The notes beneath the pieces were generated by a model, which made no database searches, was not told the origin of the DNA, and saw only the letters and a list, made by a program, of their open reading frames with translations. A DNA stretch of 33,905 nucleotides. Source: an uncultured bacterium. Its GTDB lineage: Bacteria > Hydrothermota > UBA3073. A program made the translations under genes and the position numbers. This document shows positions 7,688 through 17,666 of the stretch, piece after piece (position 1 is the stretch's first letter; each line of letters starts with the position of its first letter). The stretch covers positions 1 through 33,905 of the forward strand of contig CAZRTU010000001.1 in the NCBI GenBank assembly GCA_964603075.1, read 5' to 3'.

Positions 7688-9445
7688 ATGAAGAGTTTAT
7701 GGGCTCTGCTCCTGCTTATTACTGCCGTTATTTCTGCGCAAGAATTTGAGACAGATATCGAGGGAGAGACATCAGAAGAGTTTATTGAACTTCTGGAGAG
7801 GCTCGAGGAGAATCCACTTGACGTGAATTCGGCTGCCAGAGATGAATTACTTTCGATCCCCTATATAGACGAAAAGATTGTAGATGATATAATAATAGAA
7901 AGGGAAAAGAGAGGTGGCTTTGTCAATAAAGAATCTTTGAAGAATCTAATCCCCGATATCCTCTTTACGAAGATTGAGCGATACATAAGGGTAGAAGCTC
8001 CTCGGGTTGTAGGAGAGGTATTGCCGGCACCCCAGACGAGATTGAGAGTGAGGATGGAGAGGAAGAGACCTTTTGATGAGGATGCTCCAGGCAACCCACT
8101 AAAGTTTTACACAAGGACGCTTATAGACCATGGAAGATTCAGGGGGTGTTTTCTTACAGAGAAGGATGCCGGAGAGAAATATTATACCGATTTTATTGTA
8201 CTTGGGCTCGAGTTCAAGAAGATAGGATTATTAGAGAATCTTATATTGGGATACTACGGACTTGATTTTGGAGAGAGGCTCGTTTTGGGCTCGCCAGTAC
8301 TTACATTCAAGGGTTATCCATACTCTACAAGAAGGAAAGGGATTTTTCTATACACAATTACAGGGGAGAATACCTACAAGAGGGGAGTGGCATTACAAAG
8401 TAGAAACTTTGGCCCCTTCTCTCTTTCCCTTTTCTACTCCTACGCGACTTTGGATGCCGGCGACGGTGATTCTATATACTATACATATTCAGCAGACCAT
8501 ACTACATCAGCCAGCGTAGAGAAGAAAGACAGAGCTAAAGAGATGCTTTACGGCGGTCACCTGAGCTTTTCAAGAGATTTTGGGTACCTGGGTCTGACAT
8601 ATTATCGGTCGTCAGACTATGATAAAGAAGGCGAAGAGGTAAGAAGTTATTCACCATTATCTGCAAACCTTTGTCTAAAGAGTAATAGATTGGCCCTCTT
8701 CGGGGAGATTGCATATTCGACTGATATAGCAGCATTGTGTGGTGTTAAAGTGAAGAGCGATAGATTTATCTGGGATGTAGTCTACAGGTATCTCCCTATG
8801 AGTTTTTTTTCGCCGCACTCATCACCTTTCTCTGACAAAAGGATATCATCATACGGTGTCTTGAACGACAAGGGAGTCTATTCCTCGATTACTTACAGAC
8901 CACTGCCCAAGACTGAATTGATCATATACGGTGACCATATGGAATGGGAGGATGATCCCCTTCCGGGCAAGGGGAATGAGTACAGGATAATAGCAAAGAG
9001 GCGGATAAGAAATGAGTTCGAGGCATTGGCGAGTTACAAATATAAGTCCAAACAGGATGATATTGCAAGATTTTTCAGATTCGACCTTGACATAGATCCC
9101 CTTAAAGAGATAGGATTAAGGCTCAGGGCAGAGTGGGCAATGGAGAATGACTCTTTATGTGGGCAGCTCGTTTTTGGTGATTTATCTATAAGACCATTTG
9201 CTGAGTTATCTTTGAATTTCAGATATATAATATTTGATAGCGACCTATCGAGATTTAGATTTACGGAATACGAGGCGGGTCTTCCAGGGGTTATGGGAAA
9301 CACATTCATTACAGGTCATGGGAAGAGGGGGTATTTTGTGATAAGATACAGACCAATTCGAGCACTACAGTTGTCTTTAAAGTATGAAGAGACCCTGGAT
9401 ACCTCGGCAAAGTTTTCAGGGCAAGTGGACATGAATTTCAGGTGA
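7688..9445 (+). CDS. Secreted helix-hairpin-helix (ComEA-like) domain protein with a large C-terminal beta-barrel-like domain
   Basis: Has a signal peptide (LLLITAVISAQE). The HhH segment is NPLDVNSAARDELLSIPYIDEKIVDDIIIEREKRGGFVNKESLKNL. The remaining ~480 aa are rich in alternating aromatic/hydrophobic beta-strand patterns. Confidence 0.6.
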   Translation: MKSLWALLLLITAVISAQEFETDIEGETSEEFIELLERLEENPLDVNSAARDELLSIPYIDEKIVDDIIIEREKRGGFVNKESLKNLIPDILFTKIERYIRVEAPRVVGEVLPAPQTRLRVRMERKRPFDEDAPGNPLKFYTRTLIDHGRFRGCFLTEKDAGEKYYTDFIVLGLEFKKIGLLENLILGYYGLDFGERLVLGSPVLTFKGYPYSTRRKGIFLYTITGENTYKRGVALQSRNFGPFSLSLFYSYATLDAGDGDSIYYTYSADHTTSASVEKKDRAKEMLYGGHLSFSRDFGYLGLTYYRSSDYDKEGEEVRSYSPLSANLCLKSNRLALFGEIAYSTDIAALCGVKVKSDRFIWDVVYRYLPMSFFSPHSSPFSDKRISSYGVLNDKGVYSSITYRPLPKTELIIYGDHMEWEDDPLPGKGNEYRIIAKRRIRNEFEALASYKYKSKQDDIARFFRFDLDIDPLKEIGLRLRAEWAMENDSLCGQLVFGDLSIRPFAELSLNFRYIIFDSDLSRFRFTEYEAGLPGVMGNTFITGHGKRGYFVIRYRPIRALQLSLKYEETLDTSAKFSGQVDMNFR

Positions 9446-9490
9446 TAGATACAATAATAATCGGTTGCTCTTTATATCTTTACTTTTTAA

Positions 9491-9505
9491 TATTTGATTT
9501 TTGAT
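9491..9505 (+). repeat. TATTTGATTTTTGAT 15-mer (one of three exact copies)
   Basis: Exact copies lie at 2258-2272 (9 nt before the glmM-like ATG), 9491-9505 (19 nt before the ugd ATG) and 13823-13837 (intergenic). A degenerate version sits at 3603-3630, upstream of glmS. Confidence 0.75.
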
Positions 9506-9523
9506 TTATATTTGGGGGTTTGT

Positions 9524-10804
9524 ATGGAAATTGGAGTTATTGGATGTGGCTATGTAGGATTGGTAACAGGTGTATGCCTCGCCGAACTCGGTCATTCTGT
9601 TACCTGTGTTGATAGTGACGAGGAGAAGATAAAGAAGCTTAAATCACTCAAACCACCGATTTATGAACCGGGTCTGTCTTCACTCTTACAGAAGAATGAA
9701 GATAGGCTAATATTTTCGACTCAAGTAGAGGATGCGGTAAAAAATGCATCCGTTATATTCATAGCAGTCGGTACCCCCCCCAAGGCTTCAGGCGATGCAG
9801 ACCTATCACAGATTGAGAAGGTGGTTTTAGAGATTGCAAAATCTATGGAGTCATACAAGCTAATCGTCGAAAAATCTACCGTACCTGTACATACAGGAAT
9901 TAAGATAAAGAGCGTTATGGAGATGCAATGCAAAGAAATCCCGTTCGACGTTGCCTCTAATCCAGAATTTTTAAGAGAAGGGACGGCCATAGACGATTTT
10001 TTACATCCCGATAGAGTGGTCATAGGCATTGAGTCCGAGAGGGCAAAAAAGATCTTTGAGAAGATATACGAACCCCTTGATGCACCGATAATATATACAG
10101 ACATCAATTCGGCAGAGTTAATAAAGCATGCCTCCAACTCTTTTTTGGCCATGAAGATATCTTTTATAAATGCAGTCTCCATTATTTGTGAACTTTCGGA
10201 TGCGAACATAAAAGAGGTCGCTAAGGGGATGGGACTTGATCGCCGTATAGGAAATAAGTTTTTAAATGCAGGAGTGGGTTTCGGCGGCTCCTGCTTCCCT
10301 AAAGATTTAAGTGCCTTTAGAAGGATATCTGAGAAACTGGGCTACAAGTTCAATCTGCTAAAGGAAACTGAGAAGGTAAATGAGATTGCGAAGAAGAGGT
10401 TTGTCGAAAAGATGGAGGAGGCGATGTGGAGTTTCGCAAGGAAAAGGATTGGAATCCTGGGACTTGCATTCAAGCCAAACACAGATGATATGAGATGTGC
10501 ACCCTCAATAGATATAATAAGGAGTCTCTTAGAAGACGGTGCCAGAATAGCTGCCTATGACCCTGTCGCCAACGAAAAGGCAAAAAAGGTCTTGCCAGAT
10601 ATAGAATACAAGGATGATCCGTATGATGTCGCTAAGGGTGCCGATTGTGTTGTATTCCTTACAGAGTGGGACGAGTTCAAGAGTATAGACCTGAAGAAGA
10701 TAAAGAGACTTCTTAAGACACCCATAATTTTCGATGGTAGGAATATATTCGAGAGGGACAAGGTTGAGGAGCTCGGTTTTATCTACAGAGGAGTTGGTGT
10801 ATGA
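9524..10804 (+). CDS. ugd: UDP-glucose 6-dehydrogenase
   Basis: Starts [13 protein letters not shown] (Rossmann GxGxxG) and has the catalytic [11 protein letters not shown] 9524 is preceded by GGGGG. The ORF-track start at 9494 falls in the conserved AT-rich 15-mer. Confidence 0.9.
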   Translation: MEIGVIGCGYVGLVTGVCLAELGHSVTCVDSDEEKIKKLKSLKPPIYEPGLSSLLQKNEDRLIFSTQVEDAVKNASVIFIAVGTPPKASGDADLSQIEKVVLEIAKSMESYKLIVEKSTVPVHTGIKIKSVMEMQCKEIPFDVASNPEFLREGTAIDDFLHPDRVVIGIESERAKKIFEKIYEPLDAPIIYTDINSAELIKHASNSFLAMKISFINAVSIICELSDANIKEVAKGMGLDRRIGNKFLNAGVGFGGSCFPKDLSAFRRISEKLGYKFNLLKETEKVNEIAKKRFVEKMEEAMWSFARKRIGILGLAFKPNTDDMRCAPSIDIIRSLLEDGARIAAYDPVANEKAKKVLPDIEYKDDPYDVAKGADCVVFLTEWDEFKSIDLKKIKRLLKTPIIFDGRNIFERDKVEELGFIYRGVGV

Positions 10805-11742
10805 CCTCTAAACTGAATATCGTCGTTACAGGCGGTTGTGGGTTTATAGGTTCACATCTATGTGAATTCCTTATAGAGAAGAAAAACAGGGTAATATGTA
10901 TAGACAATCTGATAACTGGGACCCTCGAGAATGTGAAATCCATGATGGAGCATCCACAATTCAAATTTATAGAACAGGATGTTTCCAAATATATCACCGT
11001 CGATCTTGATGTAGACTGGGTATTACATTTCGCCTCGCCCGCGTCTCCCGTTGATTACCTCAAGTATCCAATACAGACACTCAAGGTGGGTGCACTTGGG
11101 ACACACAATGCGCTTGGACTTGCCCTTGCAAAGAAGGCGAAGTTTCTGCTTGCATCAACCTCAGAGATCTATGGAGACCCTCTTGTCAATCCACAGAGAG
11201 AGGATTACTGGGGGAATGTTAATCCAATCGGACCGAGGGGTGTATATGACGAAGCGAAGAGGTTCGCTGAGGCAATAACAATGGCGTATCATAGGTATCA
11301 TGGAGTCGAAATAAGGATAGTCAGGATATTCAACACATATGGCGAAAGGATGAGGATGGATGACGGTAGAGTTGTCCCGAATTTTATATGTGAGGCTCTA
11401 CGTGGTGAACCGCTAACAGTATATGGTGACGGGAAGCAGACAAGGAGTTTTTGTTATATCTCGGATATGATAAGGGGTATCTGGCGGATTATGCAGGAGG
11501 ATTACCAGGAACCTATTAACCTCGGCAACCCCGAGGAGATGACCATTATTCAATTTACCCGACTTGTTAACGAGGTAGTCGGTAACGAATCGGAGATAGT
11601 ATTCAAGTCCTTACCTGAAGATGACCCGAAGGTTAGGAGACCGGATATTACCAAGGCAAAGGATATCTTGTCTTGGCAACCAGAGGTAAGTCTTAAAGAA
11701 GGATTGAGAAAGACTATAGAATACTTTAGAGGAAGGGTCTGA
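10801..11742 (+). CDS. UDP-glucuronate decarboxylase (UDP-xylose synthase-like SDR)
   Basis: Motifs [21 protein letters not shown] and YDEAKR, plus the UXS-type sequence [10 protein letters not shown]. The ATG overlaps the ugd stop (ATGA), which suggests translational coupling. Confidence 0.85.
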   Translation: MTSKLNIVVTGGCGFIGSHLCEFLIEKKNRVICIDNLITGTLENVKSMMEHPQFKFIEQDVSKYITVDLDVDWVLHFASPASPVDYLKYPIQTLKVGALGTHNALGLALAKKAKFLLASTSEIYGDPLVNPQREDYWGNVNPIGPRGVYDEAKRFAEAITMAYHRYHGVEIRIVRIFNTYGERMRMDDGRVVPNFICEALRGEPLTVYGDGKQTRSFCYISDMIRGIWRIMQEDYQEPINLGNPEEMTIIQFTRLVNEVVGNESEIVFKSLPEDDPKVRRPDITKAKDILSWQPEVSLKEGLRKTIEYFRGRV

Positions 11743-11778
11743 AGTTGCAGGAAATCACTAAAAAATAGGCTTTTTTTA

Positions 11779-13143
11779 CTAGAGCCTTGTCAGAAGAGAA
11801 ACTTTGAAGCCCTCGAAAGGCTCTTGATACCTGCATATACCACCAGAGCATGTCAGCCCACCCTTCTGGCTACCATAACTTAATATGATATTGTGGTTGT
11901 TTCCAATGTTACCCGATACCTTGAAGAGTTGCCAATTTTTTCCCTCATCGTATTTATTAATCGTCCTCGTTTCTCCAAGCACTGTAAATGTTAAGTTACT
12001 TCTGTATGTATATGATAGAGACAGCTTGATTTCACGATACTTCTGAGTGTCCTCTTTTATGAACTTCTCCGTCCCTTCGAGCTCAAAATCTCCAAAGGTG
12101 AGCACTACCTCTGGGACATACTCCTCTTTCCGTGATATCCCGGGCTCTACCTCTTTTAGAAGCAGATGATCAAACGTAAATACTCCCGAGAATACATCTC
12201 CCATATAATCAGCAGAAAGGAAATGCTCAGCGACCTCTCTATCTTCCTTGTGGGTTACAGACTTAGAAATACAGCCGTTAAAATTTAGATAATATCTGGG
12301 TGAGTAAGATAGGGATATACCAAGTCCCTTTTCATCATCTCCTCTGTTTATCGAAATCCCCTGTCTGTTTATTGCTGGGGGTTCGTTGTATCTCACGCCA
12401 TTCCTACCAAGGGCAAGAGAGTCATAATCTATATACTGGATAAGACACCCTAAGCCCTCAAACGAAAAACTTGCTGTTGCATACGTGCCCCATCCCGCGA
12501 TTCTTTCGCCCGAATATTGTTTGTATGCAATCTTTTGAACGAGCTCAACATATGTATCAAACCAATCCCATGTAAATCCGAAATCAACCCCATATATCTC
12601 AGAAAACGCAGATGGAGCAGGGTCTTCTTCTGAAGAGAGCCTGACGTATCTTGCACCCAGACTTATCTTTCCTTGGAGATTGATATCGATGCCCCGAAGA
12701 ATATCTGTTGTGTCATTGGATATGTAATAGTGTCTACCGTCAAAAAGGAGGTTCTTTGGATGTCCTGATATTGCTTGTATTGATAGGTCCTTTATATAAG
12801 CGTTGATCAAGATTCCGCCTATCCCTTTGTCTATTCTGAAATCCTCGTCAAGATATTCTCTGAGTATAAGTCCCCTGCCAAATACCGGGTAGAGTCTGCC
12901 GTATGATATCTCGAGATAATCTGTCCTGAAACCTATATTGAAATTAGAAGCCGAGATTGCCTTTGAAGCGTCGGATGGGATCTCCCTCAACAGGTAGTAT
13001 CCGACCTCCAAACCCTCATAGAAAATACTCAAATGCAGCCTGTCATAGAAGTATTCCTCGAGGCTATCAAGTTCGACCCAGTAGTCGGCTACATTCACGA
13101 GATTATATTGAATAGATGATAATATAATAAGAAAAAGTATCAT
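11779..13143 (-). CDS. Putative outer-membrane beta-barrel protein (possibly DUF6029-type)
   Basis: Hydrophobic N-terminus and an aromatic-rich alternating pattern throughout. The motif YGRLYPVFGRGLILREY..DFRID resembles what I recall of DUF6029, but this is unverified. The start overlaps the tlpA-like stop by 4 nt. Confidence 0.5.
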   Translation of the reverse strand: MILFLIILSSIQYNLVNVADYWVELDSLEEYFYDRLHLSIFYEGLEVGYYLLREIPSDASKAISASNFNIGFRTDYLEISYGRLYPVFGRGLILREYLDEDFRIDKGIGGILINAYIKDLSIQAISGHPKNLLFDGRHYYISNDTTDILRGIDINLQGKISLGARYVRLSSEEDPAPSAFSEIYGVDFGFTWDWFDTYVELVQKIAYKQYSGERIAGWGTYATASFSFEGLGCLIQYIDYDSLALGRNGVRYNEPPAINRQGISINRGDDEKGLGISLSYSPRYYLNFNGCISKSVTHKEDREVAEHFLSADYMGDVFSGVFTFDHLLLKEVEPGISRKEEYVPEVVLTFGDFELEGTEKFIKEDTQKYREIKLSLSYTYRSNLTFTVLGETRTINKYDEGKNWQLFKVSGNIGNNHNIILSYGSQKGGLTCSGGICRYQEPFEGFKVSLLTRL

Positions 13144-13631
13144 TCCAACAATGCATTAATCAGGACATCCTGAATCTGGTTTTCCTTACCATCCTTGAAG
13201 CCAACACTGTAAAATAGTATATCTCCAGACTTGTCTACTATGATGGTGGTCGGCAGGACGAAGACCTTAAGGAGATTTCTAATATGAGCATCTTCATCAA
13301 TTAACACCCTGTATTTCCACTTCCTTGCCTCCACAAATGGTTTTACCTGTGCCTGTTGTCTCGGACTATCTTCGTTTATTGCCAGCACTTCAAATCCCTG
13401 TTCGTGGTAACCATCATAGATCGGTTCCAATTTTGTGAGCTCCTTTATACAGCTTTTGCAGTTTATCGCCCAGAAAGATATCATGATGACATCAAACTCA
13501 GAAAGAATGGAATCCAGGACAACTTCCTCCCTATATATATCCTTAAGTGAGAAACTCGGAATCTTATTCTCACTCTCTGCAAGTAGAGCAAGGGGTATTA
13601 AAAAAACGATCGCATATATGAACCTTCGCAT
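13140..13631 (-). CDS. TlpA/ResA-like periplasmic thiol:disulfide oxidoreductase
   Basis: Has a signal peptide (MRRFIYAIVFLIPLALLA) and a thioredoxin-fold CxxC (FWAINCKSCIKEL). ATG 13631 is preceded by GGAGG. The longer ORF-track start at 13676 is rejected. Confidence 0.8.
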   Translation of the reverse strand: MRRFIYAIVFLIPLALLAESENKIPSFSLKDIYREEVVLDSILSEFDVIMISFWAINCKSCIKELTKLEPIYDGYHEQGFEVLAINEDSPRQQAQVKPFVEARKWKYRVLIDEDAHIRNLLKVFVLPTTIIVDKSGDILFYSVGFKDGKENQIQDVLINALLE

Positions 13632-13837
13632 TCTGCCTCCGGGTATTAATAAAAGTATTGTCAAAAATTTAACCACAGACCAATTTGCGAAAAGCGAAGA
13701 GGGAAGAGCGAAGGGCGAAAAATCATCTCTCCTCTCTTTTTAAACCACAGATTCACCCTGTACCTATATATGGTGCAGGGGAACCGCAGAGTGCTCAGAG
13801 CATTTTTGAATTTTGATTTGTATATTTGATTTTTGAT

Positions 13838-13905
13838 ACCTGCCTACCGCAGGCAGGTTTAATATTTGATATTCAATATTGCCTCCCTGCCTGCCGGCAG
13901 GCAGG
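13838..13905. repeat. Two related GC-rich palindromes (REP-like / terminator-like)
   Basis: ACCTGCCT-ACCGC-AGGCAGGT at 13838-13858 and CCTGCCTGCC/GGCAGGCAGG at 13886-13905. They are separated by the AT palindrome AATATTTGATATTCAATATT and lie just downstream of the 13946 stop. Confidence 0.6.
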
Positions 13906-13945
13906 TGTGGTTTGTCATATTCTGTTTGACTATACCTTAATAAAC

Positions 13946-15028
13946 TCACTGTGCAATGGTGTGAGTCCTTATGGTCTTAGATGTTAGAATGTCACTAACG
14001 GTAAAACCTACGATAAGTTCACCCGACTCATTCCCGGAGAATATATCAATGGTAAATGTGGTGTCCTTCTCTCCAGGAAGGAGACTTATGTCCCCGTTGT
14101 AGGGCAACACATAGCAGCCTCCCTGGAAACAGAGCCCAACGCCCCAGTCGGCAGGGGGGTCACCTGATACACTTACAGAAATATCGTAATCGTATTCGTT
14201 TTCTCCCCTGTTCTGGAGGTGAAAATGATAACTGACTGCATCGTTCAGTGCAACACTCTGGATTGTATCCTCTACGCAGTAGAAATTGAAACTGGAAATA
14301 GGGCTTATTCTGTTAATCGTGCGAGAATTCAAGATCTCCTTGGTGCGGATATTCTGGACGAAGGCCACCAGGCCTATCATTTTTGGATCCCATCTGTTTA
14401 CGAAAGATAAGGTCGTGTCGATTTCTGAATTACATGTAATTCCTTCTGCATCAGGCAGCACGGCTCTGACTACATGGTTGAATATGGAATCGTGTGCCCC
14501 AGATTGGATGAAATCTACACTATCTTCGTACAGGATTGTAAGTATCCTTAGGGTATCTTCTGTTAGTGGTTCAACAACCGCGGTAGAGAGATGAATCTCT
14601 CCGACTGTGCCGATAACAGAGGATTCAAGGCATATCTCGATCGGAGATGGATTTATTCTTATGCCTGTAAACATACTTTGATATTCACCATCGCCGGGTG
14701 CCCCAAAAACCTTTGATACACCATCGAAGAAGGCTGTGGGTGCCTCATGTACTCCGTACCATTCTGCCCGGTCATCGGTAAAGGGTTGGGGAGAAAGCGT
14801 GTCATCCAGGATGCTCTGATGATATATGAGCACAGAGATACTTTCCGGGTAGGTAGAGGAGAGTTCAAACGCCTCCTGTTCAGCTGCAGGACAATTCAAA
14901 CACCTTGCGTATCCAAAGATCTCGAGCAGAACAATCCTGTTAGTTGAACCCATCGGAAGGGTGGGCATCCATGAACAACCAAAACAGGTAATCAAGACGC
15001 AGGCAATAAGCCACTTAAAGGAATTCAT
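13946..15028 (-). CDS. Omp28-like thioredoxin-fold lipoprotein with a C-terminal Ig-like domain
   Basis: The signal peptide ends in cysteines (LITCFGC). The motif VLLEIFGYARCLNCPAAE resembles the Omp28-family 'EEFTG.WC..CP' signature. The C-terminal ~110 aa look like a beta-sandwich. Confidence 0.55.
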   Translation of the reverse strand: MNSFKWLIACVLITCFGCSWMPTLPMGSTNRIVLLEIFGYARCLNCPAAEQEAFELSSTYPESISVLIYHQSILDDTLSPQPFTDDRAEWYGVHEAPTAFFDGVSKVFGAPGDGEYQSMFTGIRINPSPIEICLESSVIGTVGEIHLSTAVVEPLTEDTLRILTILYEDSVDFIQSGAHDSIFNHVVRAVLPDAEGITCNSEIDTTLSFVNRWDPKMIGLVAFVQNIRTKEILNSRTINRISPISSFNFYCVEDTIQSVALNDAVSYHFHLQNRGENEYDYDISVSVSGDPPADWGVGLCFQGGCYVLPYNGDISLLPGEKDTTFTIDIFSGNESGELIVGFTVSDILTSKTIRTHTIAQ

Positions 15029-15264
15029 AGGAATTTATAGATTCTATTATTTATAATTTTTGGTAGTTCGTAGGGCAAGGCTTCCTAACTGCCCTAAAGC
15101 GACGATAAATTAGTTCGTAAGGCAAGCGGTAAAGCTCATTGCCTAGTATTAGAATCATTGAGCCAATAAAAAACAGTCGTAGAGTCATGGTGTCATTGGG
15201 TTCTTTGTTCTTTATTCTTCTCCCTTTCTCCTTCTCTACTCAATTCCCCTGTGGTCATATGATA

Positions 15265-17049
15265 CTATCTTAACAACACAAGATTCTCTGTCTGGCAGTC
15301 TCTGTCAGATAAAATTTTCACGAAATATACACCTCCAGGCAAGCGATTCCCACTGCCGTCAGTGCAATCCCATTTTGTCTTTCCGCCATCCGGTTTAAGT
15401 TTTCTTACAATCCGCCCTGATACATCATATATGGCGATCTCACACCCTGGGTTTGTGGACTGGTACCATATGGATACGTGCGACTTCACCAGCGTGGGAA
15501 TTATGGAGAGGTTCGATGCAGGAAGTATCTCGTCCTCATCGATAGAAAATATCTTAACAGGTACAGTTATGTCATCAATGTACCATCCTTCATCAGTGAC
15601 ACTATAACCACTTATAAATCTGTATCTCAGTCTCGCTGTCTGTAGTGCAAATTCATCGAGTGGATAACTGAAATCTTCCCATGAGTTGTCTCCTCCCGTG
15701 ATAATCTCGAGTATCTTCCACCAACCAGAACCGTTATCGATCTCGATGAAACCATAGTCCGAATTATATTGCATTCTGTATTTATGCTTGAACGTAAGAT
15801 GCGTGTCGGGCGTCGCAACAAAATAAGGGGTGACCAGGGAGGCATCATTCTCATTTGTGTACTGCCAGCTACCTTCTATGCCACAGTACCACGAGTGGGT
15901 TGGCGAATAGCTGGCATGCTCGGTTATATGCCAGTGGTCGTTTATACCGTAGTGATCCCACCCCGCGCTCCCCGATTCGACCTCATCTGATAAACCGAAC
16001 TGCGTTGAAACGAGTATCGGGAGGGTATCCTCAGATGTTCTGAAATCAACTATTAATTCTGTTTGATGTGGGTCGGGACATACGGCTTCGGCATAGGCGG
16101 TGAATGTACACACAGTATCGACATCACCAGGCAGGATCCTGTTGCCAGTCGGGTCGAGTTGTGTAATCTTCAGAAGAGAATCCTCGCTTCTTATGATTAT
16201 GCGCTCATTGTAGACACCTGTGCCAAAGTTTTTCGCAAGCACCTTGGCGGTCAAAAAATCTCCTGGTCTGAATATATCATACTGTTCGTCGGGGATCACA
16301 GCCATCCCGTAATATTGCATCTTAGCCTTCTCTGTAACCCCTGTCCATGCGCCCTGATAGATCTCTCTTGCGGAGGACTGTACAAAGACCACGATCCTAC
16401 AGTTATCCTCAACCCATGAGGGATTTATTTCGAATTCGCGGGATCTTGTTATAAAACCGCCAGAAGGAATTGACACAGCCTCACCATTTGCGTTTGGAAG
16501 CATATCCCTCTCTACGAAATGCAGCCTGTTCATGCCCTGCCAGTAGTACTCGATGTCACTCTCTACGATAACGAAGTGAAGGGTTCCATCGATGCCAACC
16601 GCAGAGGTATTTAATACAGTTGCCTCCACGACTCCACTGTCCTTGTCTGCTCCATATGTACACTCAAGCTCTATCTCAAGAGGACTACCTATACCTATCC
16701 TCTGATAATAGTTTTTTCGGTAGGTCGGAAATACCGTACCAGTATGAAGCCCTCCGACCGTCTGTATTATGCCATCGAAGCGGACGTGTGGAATGCCGCT
16801 TATCCCGTAATAGCTCGACCTGGTCGCCGCATCCGTTGTGTAAAAGGGATCAGAACCCCAGACATGATAAGCGATAATCATAACAGAGTCATATACTCTA
16901 TCATATAACTCCTCGAGTCCTCTTGCTGCCCCAGGACAGTAGCCACAACCAGTAGCCGTGAATTGCTCTATAACTACAGTCCTCTGGCTGCCATATGCCG
17001 TGCCAAATAAGGTGACCACGCACAGTAACAAAATCATATTCTTGGACAT
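15265..17049 (-). CDS. Omp28-like thioredoxin-fold protein with MAM/choice-of-anchor-J-like domain and T9SS C-terminal sorting domain
   Basis: ATG 17049 is preceded by GGGAGG. It has a signal peptide, and VVIEQFTATGCGYCPGAARGLEELY is the Omp28-type CxxC. The central region (GWDHYG...HSWYCG...GWYIDDITV) is lectin/MAM-like. The C-terminus IAIYDVSGRIVRKL...GVYFVKI...LVLLR is typical of a T9SS CTD. Confidence 0.65.
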   Translation of the reverse strand: MSKNMILLLCVVTLFGTAYGSQRTVVIEQFTATGCGYCPGAARGLEELYDRVYDSVMIIAYHVWGSDPFYTTDAATRSSYYGISGIPHVRFDGIIQTVGGLHTGTVFPTYRKNYYQRIGIGSPLEIELECTYGADKDSGVVEATVLNTSAVGIDGTLHFVIVESDIEYYWQGMNRLHFVERDMLPNANGEAVSIPSGGFITRSREFEINPSWVEDNCRIVVFVQSSAREIYQGAWTGVTEKAKMQYYGMAVIPDEQYDIFRPGDFLTAKVLAKNFGTGVYNERIIIRSEDSLLKITQLDPTGNRILPGDVDTVCTFTAYAEAVCPDPHQTELIVDFRTSEDTLPILVSTQFGLSDEVESGSAGWDHYGINDHWHITEHASYSPTHSWYCGIEGSWQYTNENDASLVTPYFVATPDTHLTFKHKYRMQYNSDYGFIEIDNGSGWWKILEIITGGDNSWEDFSYPLDEFALQTARLRYRFISGYSVTDEGWYIDDITVPVKIFSIDEDEILPASNLSIIPTLVKSHVSIWYQSTNPGCEIAIYDVSGRIVRKLKPDGGKTKWDCTDGSGNRLPGGVYFVKILSDRDCQTENLVLLR

Positions 17050-17104
17050 ATATCCTCCCACGTTGAAATTAGATCCATTTTCTTTAACAGAAACGAATAA
17101 ACTC

Positions 17105-17524
17105 CTACGAATCTATAATCTCATAGGTGTATCTAATATCGCATGTCTTGGTAAGTATTGCAGAGACCGAACAATATTTGTTTTTGGAGAGATCAATCGC
17201 CCTCCTCACCTTCGCCTGGGAGACGTCTTTACCCTTTATGGTGTAATTTATATCTATTTTTCGAAAGACCATGGGAGGTTTATCATCTCTTTCGCCGTGC
17301 AATTCCATCTCCAGATTGCTTAACTCTACCCCCATCCTCCCCAGGATATTTACGATGTCCATTCCAGTACATCCTCCAAGTGCCGTTAGCACGAGTTCCA
17401 TAGGAGTCGGACCCTTACCACGACCACCATGTTGTATGCTGGAGTCCATCAAGATGGTATGTCCTGTTGCTGGAGTGGCTGAGAAAGCCATTCCATCGAC
17501 CCAATTGACCTTTGTCTTACACAT
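17105..17524 (-). CDS. OsmC/Ohr-family peroxiredoxin-like protein
   Basis: SD GGAGG. OsmC-fold signature GPTPMELVLTALGGCTGMDIV plus a second Cys in KNKYCSVSAIL. Confidence 0.8.
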   Translation of the reverse strand: MCKTKVNWVDGMAFSATPATGHTILMDSSIQHGGRGKGPTPMELVLTALGGCTGMDIVNILGRMGVELSNLEMELHGERDDKPPMVFRKIDINYTIKGKDVSQAKVRRAIDLSKNKYCSVSAILTKTCDIRYTYEIIDS

Positions 17525-17666
17525 ATAATCGCCTCCTGATTATTGGTGTAACCAACACCTCAAGTAAATAATCAATCCTTAACAAGGCTCCAGCCCTTTT
17601 TCTTCCATGCATCTATACCAAAGAATAGAGACAAAGAGTATTCTACAGGTTGTCTTCGCATTTTAC

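Noticed and set aside
11743-11778. Bidirectional terminator between the convergent UXS and barrel genes
   Set aside because: Only a weak 5-bp stem (AGGCT/AGCCT) with an 11-nt loop, flanked by A6/T7 runs. This is too weak to call.
13764-13949. 61-aa minus-strand ORF between the lipoprotein gene and the tlpA-like gene
   Set aside because: It is composed of the translated GC-rich palindromes and the AT-rich 15-mer region (LPAGRQGG...LPAVGRYQ). This is an artefact of the repeats.
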